NCBI GenBank assembly: GCA_045658525.1 | Contig: JAZOVD010000041.1 | Span: 1 to 60,746 of the forward strand | Reading direction: 5' to 3' | Length of the DNA stretch: 60,746 bases | From: Eubacteriales bacterium | GTDB taxonomy: Bacteria; Bacillota; Clostridia; Oscillospirales; CAG-272 | Shown here: positions 36,579 through 46,644 of the stretch, piece after piece | Position numbering within the stretch: position 1 is the first letter of the stretch | Layout of the letters: every line of letters begins with the position of its first letter | Notes under the pieces: generated by a model | Told to the model about the DNA's origin: nothing | The model's database searches: none | Seen by the model: the letters and a program-made list of their open reading frames with translations, nothing else | Translations under genes and position numbers: made by a program

Positions 36579-36815
36579 TTCTCTTCTTTCTTGAAAGAAA
36601 GAATCAAAGAACTTTTCTCACACGCCCACTTGTTATTGAGCGTGTGAGAAAAGAATTTGTTATTTGCTTCGCAAAAAAAGGGAAATACGCAATTTCTTCA
36701 TTTATATATTGTGTTTATAAATACATAATACGTCGCTCTATGATGAAATATCAAAATTTACACGCTGGTACCCATTCAAAAGTCTTTGCCAAGCTTTCTT
36801 CAGAAAGCGAAAACT
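36579..36815 (+). repeat. Intergenic hairpin repeat (core 36579-36680 plus accessory module 36734-36809)
   Basis: CTCTTCTTTCTTGAAAGAAAGAAT, CTTTTCTCACACGC..GCGTGTGAGAAAAG and TTTGTTATTTGCTTCGCAAAAAAAG. The accessory module matches 15985-16060. Confidence 0.85.
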
Positions 36816-36908
36816 CTTCCTATTTATATATAGGGGCTGTGCGGGGGTAAAAATAATATTCCTGAAAAAATAAATTTATGAATTATTTGTAAATATTGCA
36901 AAAAGGTA

Positions 36909-36937
36909 TTGCAAAAAAAATCCGTATATGCTATAAT
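36909..36937 (+). promoter_or_regulatory. Sigma-A promoter of the S10 operon
   Basis: TTGCAA (36909-36914), a 17-nt spacer, then TATAAT (36932-36937). Confidence 0.65.
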
Positions 36938-37188
36938 GATAGGGCTTGAAGTAACGCGAACAACGGAGATTGCCCATAAAAGTTCCTTGTTATGGGGTAA
37001 CTTCGGGTTCGTAAACACCCGTTTTTCTCGAAAGAGAGAAGCGAGGAGGCCGGAGTAAACGGTCTTTTGCGGTCAAGGTGTGCTGCGCCTTCCGGCGTGG
37101 CGCAAATTTTTGCTGCCAAAGCAATGAAACACCCGAAACCGTGTGAAAAGATGACGGCTCCGAACTTAAATTAAAGGAGGAAAAACCA
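36938..37188 (+). promoter_or_regulatory. 5-prime leader of about 250 nt for the S10 operon (candidate r-protein autoregulatory RNA)
   Basis: Non-coding, with hairpins such as CCCATAA..TTATGGG and GCGCC..GGCGC followed by AAATTTTTG. No defined motif was recognised. Confidence 0.35.
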
Positions 37189-37497
37189 ATGGCAAGCGAA
37201 AAAATCAGAGTGAGACTCAAAAGCTACGATCACGCTCTCGTAGATGCCGCGGCCGCTAAGATAGTGGACGTTGCAAAGAGAAACGGCGCAGCAGTTTCCG
37301 GACCTATCCCGCTCCCCACCGAGAAGGAAGTGGTCACGATACTCAGAGCGGTCCATAAGTATAAGGACAGCCGTGAGCAGTTCGAGCTTAGAACTCACAA
37401 GAGACTCATCGACATTCTCAATCCCGGTCAGAAGGTCGCGGATGCACTTATGAATGTTGAGCTTCCCGCAGGTGTAGAGATCGACGTAAAGCTCTGA
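37189..37497 (+). CDS. rpsJ: 30S ribosomal protein S10
   Basis: [19 protein letters not shown]... First gene of the conserved S10 operon order. Confidence 0.97.
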   Translation: MASEKIRVRLKSYDHALVDAAAAKIVDVAKRNGAAVSGPIPLPTEKEVVTILRAVHKYKDSREQFELRTHKRLIDILNPGQKVADALMNVELPAGVEIDVKL

Positions 37498-37592
37498 TCT
37501 AAGCACAGGCAAACAGACCCGATAGCGTTTTATGTCAAGTTGGCGGACAAAAGATGCGTCAACCAATAACAAAAACAGGAGGAAATCAAAAA

Positions 37593-38222
37593 ATGATCAA
37601 AGGCATTATCGGAAAGAAAATCGGAATGACACAGATTTTCGACGAGGTCGGAAACGTTATTCCCGTAACGGTCATCGAGGCAGGTCCCTGTGTGGTCGCT
37701 CAGAAGAAGACCGTTGAAACGGACGGCTACGACGCCGTTCAGCTCGGATTTATAGATACACCCGAGAAAAGAGTAAGCAAACCCGAAGCAGGTCACTTCA
37801 AGAAGAACGGTCTTACCGTGAAGCGTCACCTCAAGGAGTTCCGTCTGGATGATATATCCGGTCTTAATGTAGGCGATACCGTTGCCGCCGATATCTTTAC
37901 GGCAGGCGAAAAGGTCGATGTAACCGGAATAACAAAAGGACATGGATACACAGGTGTCGTTAAGAGATGGAATCACCACGTTCTCAGAATGACCCACGGT
38001 ACCGGTCCTATACACCGTCAGGTCGGATCTCAGGGTTCGATAGACCCCGCAAGAGTCTTCAAGAACATGAAGATGCCGGGTCAGTACGGAAACGAGCAGG
38101 TAACGATCCTTAATCTGGACGTTGTCAAGGTAGATGCGGAGAAGAACCTCATTGCGATAAAGGGCGCGGTCCCGGGCGCAAAGGGCGGCATAGTATTCAT
38201 CCGTGATAGCGTCAAAGCGTAA
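37593..38222 (+). CDS. rplC: 50S ribosomal protein L3
   Basis: [16 protein letters not shown]... GGAGG RBS. Confidence 0.97.
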   Translation: MIKGIIGKKIGMTQIFDEVGNVIPVTVIEAGPCVVAQKKTVETDGYDAVQLGFIDTPEKRVSKPEAGHFKKNGLTVKRHLKEFRLDDISGLNVGDTVAADIFTAGEKVDVTGITKGHGYTGVVKRWNHHVLRMTHGTGPIHRQVGSQGSIDPARVFKNMKMPGQYGNEQVTILNLDVVKVDAEKNLIAIKGAVPGAKGGIVFIRDSVKA

Positions 38223-38242
38223 GCGGAAGGAGGAGAAACACA

Positions 38243-38872
38243 ATGGCTAACATTAAAGTTGTAGATATGACCGGAAAAGAAGTCGGCTCGATAGAGCTTT
38301 CCGACAAGATTTACGGCATAGAAGAAATAAACAGTGCTGTCCTCCACGCATCTGTAAGAGCGTATCTGCTCAACCAGAGACAGGGCACACAGTCGGCTCT
38401 TACCCGTTCCGAGGTATCGGGCGGAGGAAAGAAGCCTTGGAGACAGAAGGGAACCGGACGCGCAAGACAGGGTTCCACCCGTTCGCCTCAGTGGACGCAC
38501 GGCGGAATCGTTTTCGCTCCGAAGCCGCGTGAATACAGAGTTGCGATGAACCGCAAGACCAAGAGAGTTGCTCTTTACAATGCGCTTTCTTCTAAGTTCG
38601 CGGCAAACGAGATAGTCGTAGTTAACGAGATAAAGACCGAGAGCTACAAGACCAAGACCATGGTCGAGATGCTTAACGCCATCGGCGCGGGCAAGAAGGC
38701 ACTTGTAGTACTCGATACCGTAGATCCTATGGTAATAAAGAGCTTTGCCAACATCCCCGGTGTAAAGACCGTTCAGGCAAATCAGCTCAGCGTATATGAC
38801 GTTCTCAACTGCAACACGTTCGTAATGACGCAGGCTGCATCATCCATAATTGAGGAGGTGTACGGCAAATGA
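38243..38872 (+). CDS. rplD: 50S ribosomal protein L4
   Basis: KPWRQKGTGRARQGSTRSPQW motif; operon position. Confidence 0.97.
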   Translation: MANIKVVDMTGKEVGSIELSDKIYGIEEINSAVLHASVRAYLLNQRQGTQSALTRSEVSGGGKKPWRQKGTGRARQGSTRSPQWTHGGIVFAPKPREYRVAMNRKTKRVALYNALSSKFAANEIVVVNEIKTESYKTKTMVEMLNAIGAGKKALVVLDTVDPMVIKSFANIPGVKTVQANQLSVYDVLNCNTFVMTQAASSIIEEVYGK

Positions 38873-39162
38873 AAACAGTATACGATATAATCATCAGACC
38901 GATAATCACGGAAGCGAGCATGGATATGACCGCCGACAAGAAGTACGTCTTTGAAGTAAGAAAGGACGCAACTAAGCCGGAGATCGCTGACGCAGTCGAG
39001 AAGATGTTCAAAGTTAAGGTGGCATATGTAAACACCGTATCCATGAAGAAGAAGCCGAAGCGCCTTGGCGTTCACGAGGGCTACACTTCCGCATGGAAGA
39101 AAGCAATAGTACAGCTCACAGAGGATTCTGAGACGATCGAATTCTTTGAGGGTATGAGATAA
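38869..39162 (+). CDS. rplW: 50S ribosomal protein L23
   Basis: MKTVYDIIIRPIITEAS... ATGA overlap with rplD. Confidence 0.96.
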   Translation: MKTVYDIIIRPIITEASMDMTADKKYVFEVRKDATKPEIADAVEKMFKVKVAYVNTVSMKKKPKRLGVHEGYTSAWKKAIVQLTEDSETIEFFEGMR

Positions 39163-39182
39163 GTTAAAGGAGGAGTAAAACA

Positions 39183-40016
39183 ATGGCAACAAAGAAGTAT
39201 AATCCTACGTCGCCTGCAAGAAGACATATGTCTGTGCCCTCCTTCGACGAGGTCACTAAGTCGGTTCCCGAGAAATCTCTCCTGACCGTACTTAAAAAGA
39301 ATGCGGGACGTAACAGCTACGGACGTATAACTGTACGTCATCAGGGCGGCGGTAACAAGAAGAAGTACAGACTTGTCGATTTCCGCCGTAACCGCGACGA
39401 TATGCCTGCTAAGGTCCTCGGTATAGAGTACGACCCCAACAGAACCGCATACATCGCGCTTATTCAGTATGAAGACGGAGTAAAGAGCTACATTCTTGCT
39501 CCTACCGGACTTACCGACGGCGATACGGTCTATACCGGAAGCGCTTCCGATATAAAGCCCGGAAACACTATGGAAATATCTGCTATTCCGGTAGGTACTT
39601 TCATCCACAACATCGAGATATATCCCGGTAAGGGCGGACAGCTCGTTCGTTCCGCGGGAGCCGCCGCTCAGCTTATGGCTAAGGAGAACGGTATGGCTCA
39701 GGTAAGACTTCCCTCCGGTGAAGTTCGCCTCATAAGACTCGATTGCAAAGCAACGATAGGTACAGTCAGCAATATCGAACACGACACAGTCAAGATCGGT
39801 AAGGCAGGTAAGAAGCGTCACATGGGTATCCGCCCGACCGTACGCGGATCTGTCATGAACCCCTGCGACCACCCGCACGGTGGTGGTGAGGGTAAATCAC
39901 CTGTCGGACGTCCTTCTCCGGTAACTCCTTGGGGCAAGCCCGCGCTTGGATACAAGACGCGTAATAAGAAGGCTAGAACCAATAAGTTCATCGTGAAGAG
40001 CCGTCACGCTAATTAA
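39183..40016 (+). CDS. rplB: 50S ribosomal protein L2
   Basis: [16 protein letters not shown]... and [11 protein letters not shown]. Confidence 0.98.
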   Translation: MATKKYNPTSPARRHMSVPSFDEVTKSVPEKSLLTVLKKNAGRNSYGRITVRHQGGGNKKKYRLVDFRRNRDDMPAKVLGIEYDPNRTAYIALIQYEDGVKSYILAPTGLTDGDTVYTGSASDIKPGNTMEISAIPVGTFIHNIEIYPGKGGQLVRSAGAAAQLMAKENGMAQVRLPSGEVRLIRLDCKATIGTVSNIEHDTVKIGKAGKKRHMGIRPTVRGSVMNPCDHPHGGGEGKSPVGRPSPVTPWGKPALGYKTRNKKARTNKFIVKSRHAN

Positions 40017-40033
40017 TTCAGGAGGACACTAAA

Positions 40034-40315
40034 ATGAGCAGAAGCTGTAAAAAAGCCCCGTTCGTTGAGGTTAAGCTCTATAACCGTATAGTAGCTATGA
40101 ACGAAGCGAACGACAAAAAGGTAATAAAGACCTGGTCCAGAGCCTCCACCATTTTCCCGGAGTTCGTTGGTCATACCATAGCGGTACATGACGGAAGAAA
40201 GCACGTTCCGGTATATGTAACAGAGGATATGGTCGGACACAAGCTCGGAGAATTCGCACCTACCCGTACCTTTAAAGGTCACGCCGGTTCCAAGACGTCT
40301 AACAACGGTAAGTAA
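40034..40315 (+). CDS. rpsS: 30S ribosomal protein S19
   Basis: [16 protein letters not shown] motif. Confidence 0.97.
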   Translation: MSRSCKKAPFVEVKLYNRIVAMNEANDKKVIKTWSRASTIFPEFVGHTIAVHDGRKHVPVYVTEDMVGHKLGEFAPTRTFKGHAGSKTSNNGK

Positions 40316-40388
40316 TAGCCGTTGTTAAGACAAGCCGGATCAAATAAAAATACGGAGCGTTTAAACGTCCCGGAAGGAGGCACCTGAA

Positions 40389-40760
40389 ATGGAAGCTAAT
40401 AGAGAAGCAAAAGCGATACTGAAATATGCAAGAATTTCTCCTCGCAAGGTTAAGATAGTTCTCGACCTCATCAGAGGTAAGGACGCTGACATGGCGATGG
40501 CGATTCTTAAAAATACACACAAATCCGCATCGGAATACCTTATAAAGCTGCTTAAAAGCGCTGTTGCAAACGCAGAGAACAACTTTGAAATGGACGCAAG
40601 CAAGCTTTACGTATCCGAGTGCTACGTATGTCCCGGCCCGACACTCAAAAGAATGATGCCGAGAGCAAAGGGAAGCGCAAACCGCATTTTAAAGAGAACA
40701 AGCCACGTAACGATTGCCGTAAAAGAGAGAACGAGCGGCAATGCGGTTGCGGCTGAGTAA
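40389..40760 (+). CDS. rplV: 50S ribosomal protein L22
   Basis: [25 protein letters not shown]. Confidence 0.96.
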   Translation: MEANREAKAILKYARISPRKVKIVLDLIRGKDADMAMAILKNTHKSASEYLIKLLKSAVANAENNFEMDASKLYVSECYVCPGPTLKRMMPRAKGSANRILKRTSHVTIAVKERTSGNAVAAE

Positions 40761-40777
40761 AAGAGGAGGCTAAAAGA

Positions 40778-41641
40778 ATGGGTCAGAAAGTTAATCCCCA
40801 CGGCCTTCGTGTTGGCGTCATTAAAGACTGGGATTCGAGATGGTTCGAGAAGGACGAAAGCTTCGGTGACACCCTCGTATCCGACTATAAGATAAGAACC
40901 TTCCTTAAAAAGAAGCTTCAGGACGCCGGAGTACCGAAGATCGAGATAGAGCGCGATAGCGCAAGAATCAGAGTATTCATTCACTGCGCCAAGCCCGGTA
41001 TAATCATCGGACAGGGCGGAGCGGCAATAGAAAAGCTCAAAGCCGAGATCGAGAAGATGGTCGGCGGCGAGAAGGCTGTGTTCGTAAACGTAGTCGAGGT
41101 AAAGAGCCCCGACCTCAACGCACAGCTCGTAGCTGAGAACATCGCAGCTAAGCTTGAAGGCAGAATCGCTTTCAGACGTGCGATGAAGATGGCAATATCC
41201 AGAACCATGCACCTCGGAGCAAAGGGAATCAAGATTTCCTGTGCGGGACGTCTCGCGGGAGCTGAAATAGCTCGTACCGAGCACTACCACGAGGGAACCA
41301 TACCGCTTCAGACCCTCAGAGCTGATATAGATTACGGCTTCTGGGAGGCTAACACCACCTACGGTAAGATCGGTGTTAAGGTATGGATATACAAGGGAGA
41401 GGTCCTCTCCGCCGGAAACGGTGCGAAGAGAACCGTAGAAAACGCCGATAAGAAGGATCGCAGAGGCGACCGCAGAGGCGACCGTAGAGACCGCAGAAAC
41501 GGAGACCGCAGAGAAGGCGGTTTCAACAAGGGTAACGGCGGACGTCGCTTCGACCGTAACGACAACAAGCCTCGCTACGGAACCGACGGCAGACGCGCTC
41601 CGGTAGCAACAGCTCCGGTTGCGCCCAAGAAGGAGGGCTGA
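40778..41641 (+). CDS. rpsC: 30S ribosomal protein S3 (with an Arg/Asp/Gly-rich C-terminal extension of about 70 aa)
   Basis: [23 protein letters not shown]... Tail [22 protein letters not shown]. Confidence 0.97.
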   Translation: MGQKVNPHGLRVGVIKDWDSRWFEKDESFGDTLVSDYKIRTFLKKKLQDAGVPKIEIERDSARIRVFIHCAKPGIIIGQGGAAIEKLKAEIEKMVGGEKAVFVNVVEVKSPDLNAQLVAENIAAKLEGRIAFRRAMKMAISRTMHLGAKGIKISCAGRLAGAEIARTEHYHEGTIPLQTLRADIDYGFWEANTTYGKIGVKVWIYKGEVLSAGNGAKRTVENADKKDRRGDRRGDRRDRRNGDRREGGFNKGNGGRRFDRNDNKPRYGTDGRRAPVATAPVAPKKEG

Positions 41642-41646
41642 GCACC

Positions 41647-42072
41647 ATGTTGATGCCTAAGAGAACAAAATACAGACGTGTTCACCGCGGAAGATTAAAG
41701 GGAAAAGCAATGCGCGGTAACACATTGAGCTACGGAAACTTCGGACTCGTAGCTTGCGATCCCGCATGGATCACGAGCAACCAGATAGAGGCTGCCCGTA
41801 TAGCGATGACCAGATACATTCGCCGTGGCGGACAGGTCTGGATCAAGATATTCCCCGACAAGCCGATCACCGAGAAGCCGGCTGAGACCCGAATGGGTTC
41901 CGGTAAGGGTTCTGTTGACCACTGGGTAGCGGTAGTAAAGCCGGGAAGAGTGCTGTTCGAAATGGACGGCGTAAGCGAAGAGATCGCTCGCGAAGCTATG
42001 CGTCTTGCAATGCACAAGCTTCCGATAAAGTGCAAATTTATAGCAAAAGAACAGACGAAAGAGGAGGAATAA
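41647..42072 (+). CDS. rplP: 50S ribosomal protein L16
   Basis: [21 protein letters not shown]... Confidence 0.97.
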   Translation: MLMPKRTKYRRVHRGRLKGKAMRGNTLSYGNFGLVACDPAWITSNQIEAARIAMTRYIRRGGQVWIKIFPDKPITEKPAETRMGSGKGSVDHWVAVVKPGRVLFEMDGVSEEIAREAMRLAMHKLPIKCKFIAKEQTKEEE

Positions 42073-42075
42073 GCA

Positions 42076-42267
42076 ATGAAGGCATCAGAGATAAGAGCAA
42101 TGTCGGAATCCGATCTTCAGAAGAAGCTTACGGAGCTTAAAGATGAGCTGTTCCACCTCCGTTTCCAGCTTGCTATAAACCAGCTCGACAACCCTCACAA
42201 GATAACCGACGTAAAGCGTGACATCGCTCGCGTACTCACGGTCATCAACGAGGGAAAGAACGCGTAA
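42076..42267 (+). CDS. rpmC: 50S ribosomal protein L29
   Basis: LTELKDELFHLRFQLAINQLDNPHKI. Confidence 0.96.
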   Translation: MKASEIRAMSESDLQKKLTELKDELFHLRFQLAINQLDNPHKITDVKRDIARVLTVINEGKNA

Positions 42268-42285
42268 GACAGGAGGATAACGAAG

Positions 42286-42543
42286 ATGGAAGAAAGAAAT
42301 CTCAGAAAAACCAGAGTCGGACGCGTTGTCAGCGCAAAGATGGATAAGACCATAGTAGTAGCGATAGAGGACAGCGTAAAGCATCCGAAGTACGGCAAGG
42401 TTATGCACCGTACACTTAAAGTACACGCTCACGACGAGACAAACACCGCGGGTGTGGACGACAAGGTAATGATAATGGAAACAAGACCTCTTTCCAAGAC
42501 AAAGAGATGGCGTCTTGTAGAAATAATCGAGAAGGCAAAATAA
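42286..42543 (+). CDS. rpsQ: 30S ribosomal protein S17
   Basis: [22 protein letters not shown]... and [12 protein letters not shown]. Confidence 0.96.
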   Translation: MEERNLRKTRVGRVVSAKMDKTIVVAIEDSVKHPKYGKVMHRTLKVHAHDETNTAGVDDKVMIMETRPLSKTKRWRLVEIIEKAK

Positions 42544-42604
42544 TATCACCGCAAGACAGGCGGACGATACGTCAAAATGCGTATAAAAGAGGAGGTAACC
42601 GCAA

Positions 42605-42973
42605 GTGTTACAGCAGCAGTCATATATGAAAGTTGCCGATAATACGGGTGCAAAAGAACTTATGTGCATTCGTGTACTCGGCGGAACAGGCAGACGCTAC
42701 GGAAACATAGGCGACATAGTAGTAGCCTGCGTAAAGAAAGCGGCTCCCGGCGGAACGGTCAAGAAGGGTGATGTTGTTAAGGCAGTCATCGTAAGATCTG
42801 TTCGTGGGATGAGACGCGCAGACGGCTCGTATATAAAGTTCGACGAGAACGCGGCCGTAATAATAAAAGAAGATAAGACCCCCAGAGGAACCCGTATATT
42901 CGGTCCTGTGGCAAGAGAGCTCCGTGAAAAGGATTTCACAAAGATCCTTTCGCTCGCTCCCGAAGTTCTTTAA
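42605..42973 (+). CDS. rplN: 50S ribosomal protein L14 (GTG start)
   Basis: (M)[26 protein letters not shown]... Confidence 0.97.
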   Translation: MLQQQSYMKVADNTGAKELMCIRVLGGTGRRYGNIGDIVVACVKKAAPGGTVKKGDVVKAVIVRSVRGMRRADGSYIKFDENAAVIIKEDKTPRGTRIFGPVARELREKDFTKILSLAPEVL

Positions 42974-42989
42974 GGAGGTACCGGTTTAA

Positions 42990-43340
42990 ATGAATACACT
43001 TCATGTAAAGAAGGGCGATACCGTCATAGTTCTTTCCGGTGACAAGAAGCGTCACCTTAAAGGAGAGATCGGCGAAGTCCTCGAGGTATCCCCGAAGGAA
43101 AGAAAGGTTATCGTTAAGGGCGTTAACCTTGTAAAGAAGCATGTAAAACCCCGCAAGCAGGGCGACCAGGGCGGCATACTTACCGTCGAGGGCGCAATAT
43201 ATGCGGATAAGGTTGCACTGTACTGCCCCGATTGTAAGAAGGGCGTACGCTACCATACCGAGATGATCGACGACAAGAAGGTCCGTGTTTGCTCCGGCAA
43301 GAAGGAAGACGGAACTCCTTGCGGTCACAAGTTTGACTAA
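42990..43340 (+). CDS. rplX: 50S ribosomal protein L24 (variant with four Cys residues in the C-terminal half)
   Basis: [17 protein letters not shown] (KOW motif); operon position. Confidence 0.95.
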   Translation: MNTLHVKKGDTVIVLSGDKKRHLKGEIGEVLEVSPKERKVIVKGVNLVKKHVKPRKQGDQGGILTVEGAIYADKVALYCPDCKKGVRYHTEMIDDKKVRVCSGKKEDGTPCGHKFD

Positions 43341-43354
43341 GGAGGTATCGAGCA

Positions 43355-43897
43355 ATGGCAAGACTTAAAGATCTTTATAAGAACGAAGTAGCACCCGCTC
43401 TTATGACAAAGTACAACTACAAGAGCGTAATGCAGATACCTAAGCTTGATAAGGTGGTTGTCAACGTCGGAACCGGCGGAGAAGAGAGAGACAACGCTAA
43501 GGTTATGGAAGCCATCGTAGGCGACCTCACCGCTATCACCGGACAGAAGGCAGTAGTAAACAAGGCAAAGAAGTCCGTTGCTAACTTCAAGCTCAGAGCC
43601 GGTATGGCAATCGGAGGAAAAGTAACCCTCCGTGGAGAGATCATGTACGAGTTCATCGACAGACTCTTCAATATAGCCCTTCCCAGAGTACGTGACTTTA
43701 AGGGAATAAACCCCAATGCCTTCGACGGCAGAGGAAACTATTCTCTCGGACTCAAAGAGCAGCTCATATTCCCCGAGATAGAGTATGAGAAGGTTGACCG
43801 CGTACGCGGAATGGACATCGCATTCGTAACGACGGCAAACACGGACGAGGAAGCAAAAGAGCTTCTTACGCTCCTCGGCGCGCCGTTCGCGAAATAA
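43355..43897 (+). CDS. rplE: 50S ribosomal protein L5
   Basis: [39 protein letters not shown]. Confidence 0.97.
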   Translation: MARLKDLYKNEVAPALMTKYNYKSVMQIPKLDKVVVNVGTGGEERDNAKVMEAIVGDLTAITGQKAVVNKAKKSVANFKLRAGMAIGGKVTLRGEIMYEFIDRLFNIALPRVRDFKGINPNAFDGRGNYSLGLKEQLIFPEIEYEKVDRVRGMDIAFVTTANTDEEAKELLTLLGAPFAK

Positions 43898-43913
43898 AAG
43901 GAGGTAAATTGCA

Positions 43914-44099
43914 ATGGCTAAGGTATCAATGAAAGTAAAGCAGCAAAGACCTCAGAAGTTTGCGACCAGAGAGTATAACAGATGCAAGATCTGCGGAAGA
44001 CCTCATGCGTATCTCCGCAAGTTCGGTATCTGCCGTATCTGCTTCCGTGAGCTTGCATACAAGGGTGAAATACCCGGTGTACGCAAGGCATCCTGGTAA
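43914..44099 (+). CDS. rpsZ: 30S ribosomal protein S14 type Z (zinc-binding form)
   Basis: 61 aa. [23 protein letters not shown] (CxxC..CxxC). Confidence 0.97.
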   Translation: MAKVSMKVKQQRPQKFATREYNRCKICGRPHAYLRKFGICRICFRELAYKGEIPGVRKASW

Positions 44100-44134
44100 T
44101 GCGAAAGCAAGAAGGACAGAAGGAGGATTAAGAA

Positions 44135-44530
44135 ATGCAAATGTCAGATGTAATAGCCGATATGCTGACTCGCATAAGAAATGCGAACAGTGCAAAGCAT
44201 GAATCGGTCGAGATTCCCGCGTCTAACATGAAGAAGGCGATAGCCGACATTCTTGTTAACGAGGGATATATAAAGGGTTATCAGATAATAGACGATAACA
44301 AGCAGGGCATCATAAAAATAACGCTTAAATACGTCGGTAAGCAGAAGGCGATCACCGGACTCAAGAGAGTATCCAAGCCCGGACTCAGAGTGTACGCAAA
44401 CTGCGAGGATATGCCTAAGGTAATGAACGGACTCGGTATAGCTATCGTATCCACGTCCAAGGGTGTAATGACCGATAAAAAAGCGAGAAAAGAAAACGTC
44501 GGTGGCGGAGTTCTCGCCTTCGTATCGTAA
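44135..44530 (+). CDS. rpsH: 30S ribosomal protein S8
   Basis: [17 protein letters not shown]... Confidence 0.97.
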   Translation: MQMSDVIADMLTRIRNANSAKHESVEIPASNMKKAIADILVNEGYIKGYQIIDDNKQGIIKITLKYVGKQKAITGLKRVSKPGLRVYANCEDMPKVMNGLGIAIVSTSKGVMTDKKARKENVGGGVLAFVS

Positions 44531-44548
44531 AACGGGAGGATTAAGGAA

Positions 44549-45088
44549 ATGTCAAGAATCGGAAGACAGCCGATAAGCATTCCCGCGGGCGTAGACGTAA
44601 AGGTCGAAGCCGGTAATCTCGTTACCGTAAAAGGCCCTAAGGGAACAGCTACACAGCAGCTTCATGGCAACATGATAATAAAGGTTGAGGGTTCTACCGT
44701 AGTAGTAGAGCGCCCCAACGACGAAGCGGAAAACAGGTCGCTTCACGGACTTACCCGTACGCTCCTTAACAACATGATCGTCGGCGTTACCGAGGGCTAC
44801 GCAAAGCAGCTCGAGATCGTCGGAGTCGGTTACAGAGCACAGAAGTCGGGCAAGACCCTCACACTGACCCTCGGACATTCTCACCCCATCACATTCGAGG
44901 ACGGCAACGGAGTAACCTTTGAGTCTCCCCAGCCGAACATCGTAATAGTAAAGGGTGTAGATAAGCAGGTCGTAGGACAGGTCGCAGCGCAGGTCCGCGA
45001 GAAGAGACCTCCGGAGCCGTACCTTGGCAAGGGCGTTAAGTACGCTGATGAGCGTATCCGCCGCAAAGCCGGTAAGGCCGGTAAATAA
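44549..45088 (+). CDS. rplF: 50S ribosomal protein L6
   Basis: MSRIGRQPISIPAGVDVKVE... Confidence 0.97.
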   Translation: MSRIGRQPISIPAGVDVKVEAGNLVTVKGPKGTATQQLHGNMIIKVEGSTVVVERPNDEAENRSLHGLTRTLLNNMIVGVTEGYAKQLEIVGVGYRAQKSGKTLTLTLGHSHPITFEDGNGVTFESPQPNIVIVKGVDKQVVGQVAAQVREKRPPEPYLGKGVKYADERIRRKAGKAGK

Positions 45089-45104
45089 TTAGGAGGGTAG
45101 GCAA

Positions 45105-45464
45105 ATGATAACGAAACAGGATACAAATAAGGCAAGACTTCAGAGACATAAGAGAGTCAGAGCTAAAATATCCGGAACACCGGAGCGTCCGCGTCTTTGT
45201 GTTTACCGTTCCAACGCAAACATCTCCGCGCAGATTATCGATGACGTAAACGGCGTAACGCTCGTAAGCGCGACCACCGTTGAGAAGGAATTCGAAAGCT
45301 ACGGCGGAAACAAAGAAGCCGCGCGCGAGATCGGCAAGAAGATAGCCGAGAGAGCTCTTGCAAAGGGCATCGAGACGGTAGTATTCGACAGAGGCGGATA
45401 TGTGTACCACGGACGTGTACAGGAACTCGCCGAAGGAGCCCGTGAGGGCGGACTTAAGTTCTAA
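45105..45464 (+). CDS. rplR: 50S ribosomal protein L18
   Basis: [33 protein letters not shown]. Confidence 0.97.
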   Translation: MITKQDTNKARLQRHKRVRAKISGTPERPRLCVYRSNANISAQIIDDVNGVTLVSATTVEKEFESYGGNKEAAREIGKKIAERALAKGIETVVFDRGGYVYHGRVQELAEGAREGGLKF

Positions 45465-45479
45465 GGAGGAGCAAAGATA

Positions 45480-45980
45480 ATGGCAAACAAGATAATAGAT
45501 GCGTCGGCCTTGGACTTAAAGGAAGTAAACGTAGCGATAAACCGTGTTTCTAAGACCGTTAAGGGCGGACGTATAATGCGTTTCACAGCTCTTATGGTAG
45601 TCGGAGACGAAAACGGACACGTAGGCTACGGACTCGGCAAAGCAGCTGAGGTACCGGAAGCAATGCGTAAGGCTATCGAGGACGCAAAGAAGAACATGAT
45701 AGAAGTATCTCTCGTAGGAAACACCATTCCTCACGAGATAACGGGAATATTCGGAGCAGGTAAGGTTCTCCTCAAGCCGGCACCGGAAGGAACCGGAATC
45801 ATCGCTGGCGGCGCAGTTCGTGCGGTACTTGAACTTGCGGGCATAAAGAACATCAGAACTAAGTGCCTTCGTTCCAACAACGTAACGAACGTAGTTAAGG
45901 CGACATTTGAAGGACTTAAAGCTCTGCGTACGGCGGAAGAGGTCGCGCAGCTTCGCGGACTTACCGTCGAAGAGCTGTAA
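45480..45980 (+). CDS. rpsE: 30S ribosomal protein S5
   Basis: [24 protein letters not shown]. Confidence 0.97.
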   Translation: MANKIIDASALDLKEVNVAINRVSKTVKGGRIMRFTALMVVGDENGHVGYGLGKAAEVPEAMRKAIEDAKKNMIEVSLVGNTIPHEITGIFGAGKVLLKPAPEGTGIIAGGAVRAVLELAGIKNIRTKCLRSNNVTNVVKATFEGLKALRTAEEVAQLRGLTVEEL

Positions 45981-45993
45981 GGAGGTACTGCAA

Positions 45994-46161
45994 ATGAAAA
46001 TCACACTTGTAAGAAGTCTGATAGGCGTAAACCCCAAGCAGAAGGCAACCGCTCTTTCTCTCGGACTTAAACGTCCCGGAAATTCCGTAACGGTAGAAGA
46101 AAACGCTGCCGTAGCGGGTAAGGTTGCGGCTATTTCCCACCTTGTAAAGGTCGAGAAATAA
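45994..46161 (+). CDS. rpmD: 50S ribosomal protein L30
   Basis: MKITLVRSLIGVNPKQKATALSLGLKR. GGAGG RBS. The track ORF start at 45907 lies inside rpsE. Confidence 0.95.
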   Translation: MKITLVRSLIGVNPKQKATALSLGLKRPGNSVTVEENAAVAGKVAAISHLVKVEK

Positions 46162-46203
46162 GCAATTATCCAAGACAATTATCAGATAAAAGGAGGAAAA
46201 CAA

Positions 46204-46644
46204 ATGAAGCTCCACGAACTTTCACCCGCGGAAGGCTCTGTACAGAACGCCTGGCGCAAGGGTAGAGGCCCGGGATCCGGAAACGGAAAGACCGCGGGTA
46301 AGGGACATAAGGGTCAGAATGCCCGTTCCGGCGGAGGCGTACGTCCTGGATTTGAGGGCGGACAGAACCCGCTTTACAGAAGACTCCCCAAAAGAGGATT
46401 CAAAAACAGATTTGCTGTTCGTTACGCTACTGTCAATGTTAAGGCACTTGAAAAGTATGCTGACGGAGATGTGATCGATATAAATACTCTGCTTAATGAC
46501 CGTGTAATAAGAAAAGCCTACGACGGTCTCAAGGTTCTCGGTGACGGCGAGATCAGCAAGAAGATTACCGTAAAGGCCTCTATCTTCTCTGCTTCTGCAA
46601 AGGAAAAGATTGAAGCTGCCGGCGGGAAAGCAGAGGTGATATAA
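46204..46644 (+). CDS. rplO: 50S ribosomal protein L15
   Basis: [25 protein letters not shown]. Confidence 0.97.
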   Translation: MKLHELSPAEGSVQNAWRKGRGPGSGNGKTAGKGHKGQNARSGGGVRPGFEGGQNPLYRRLPKRGFKNRFAVRYATVNVKALEKYADGDVIDINTLLNDRVIRKAYDGLKVLGDGEISKKITVKASIFSASAKEKIEAAGGKAEVI

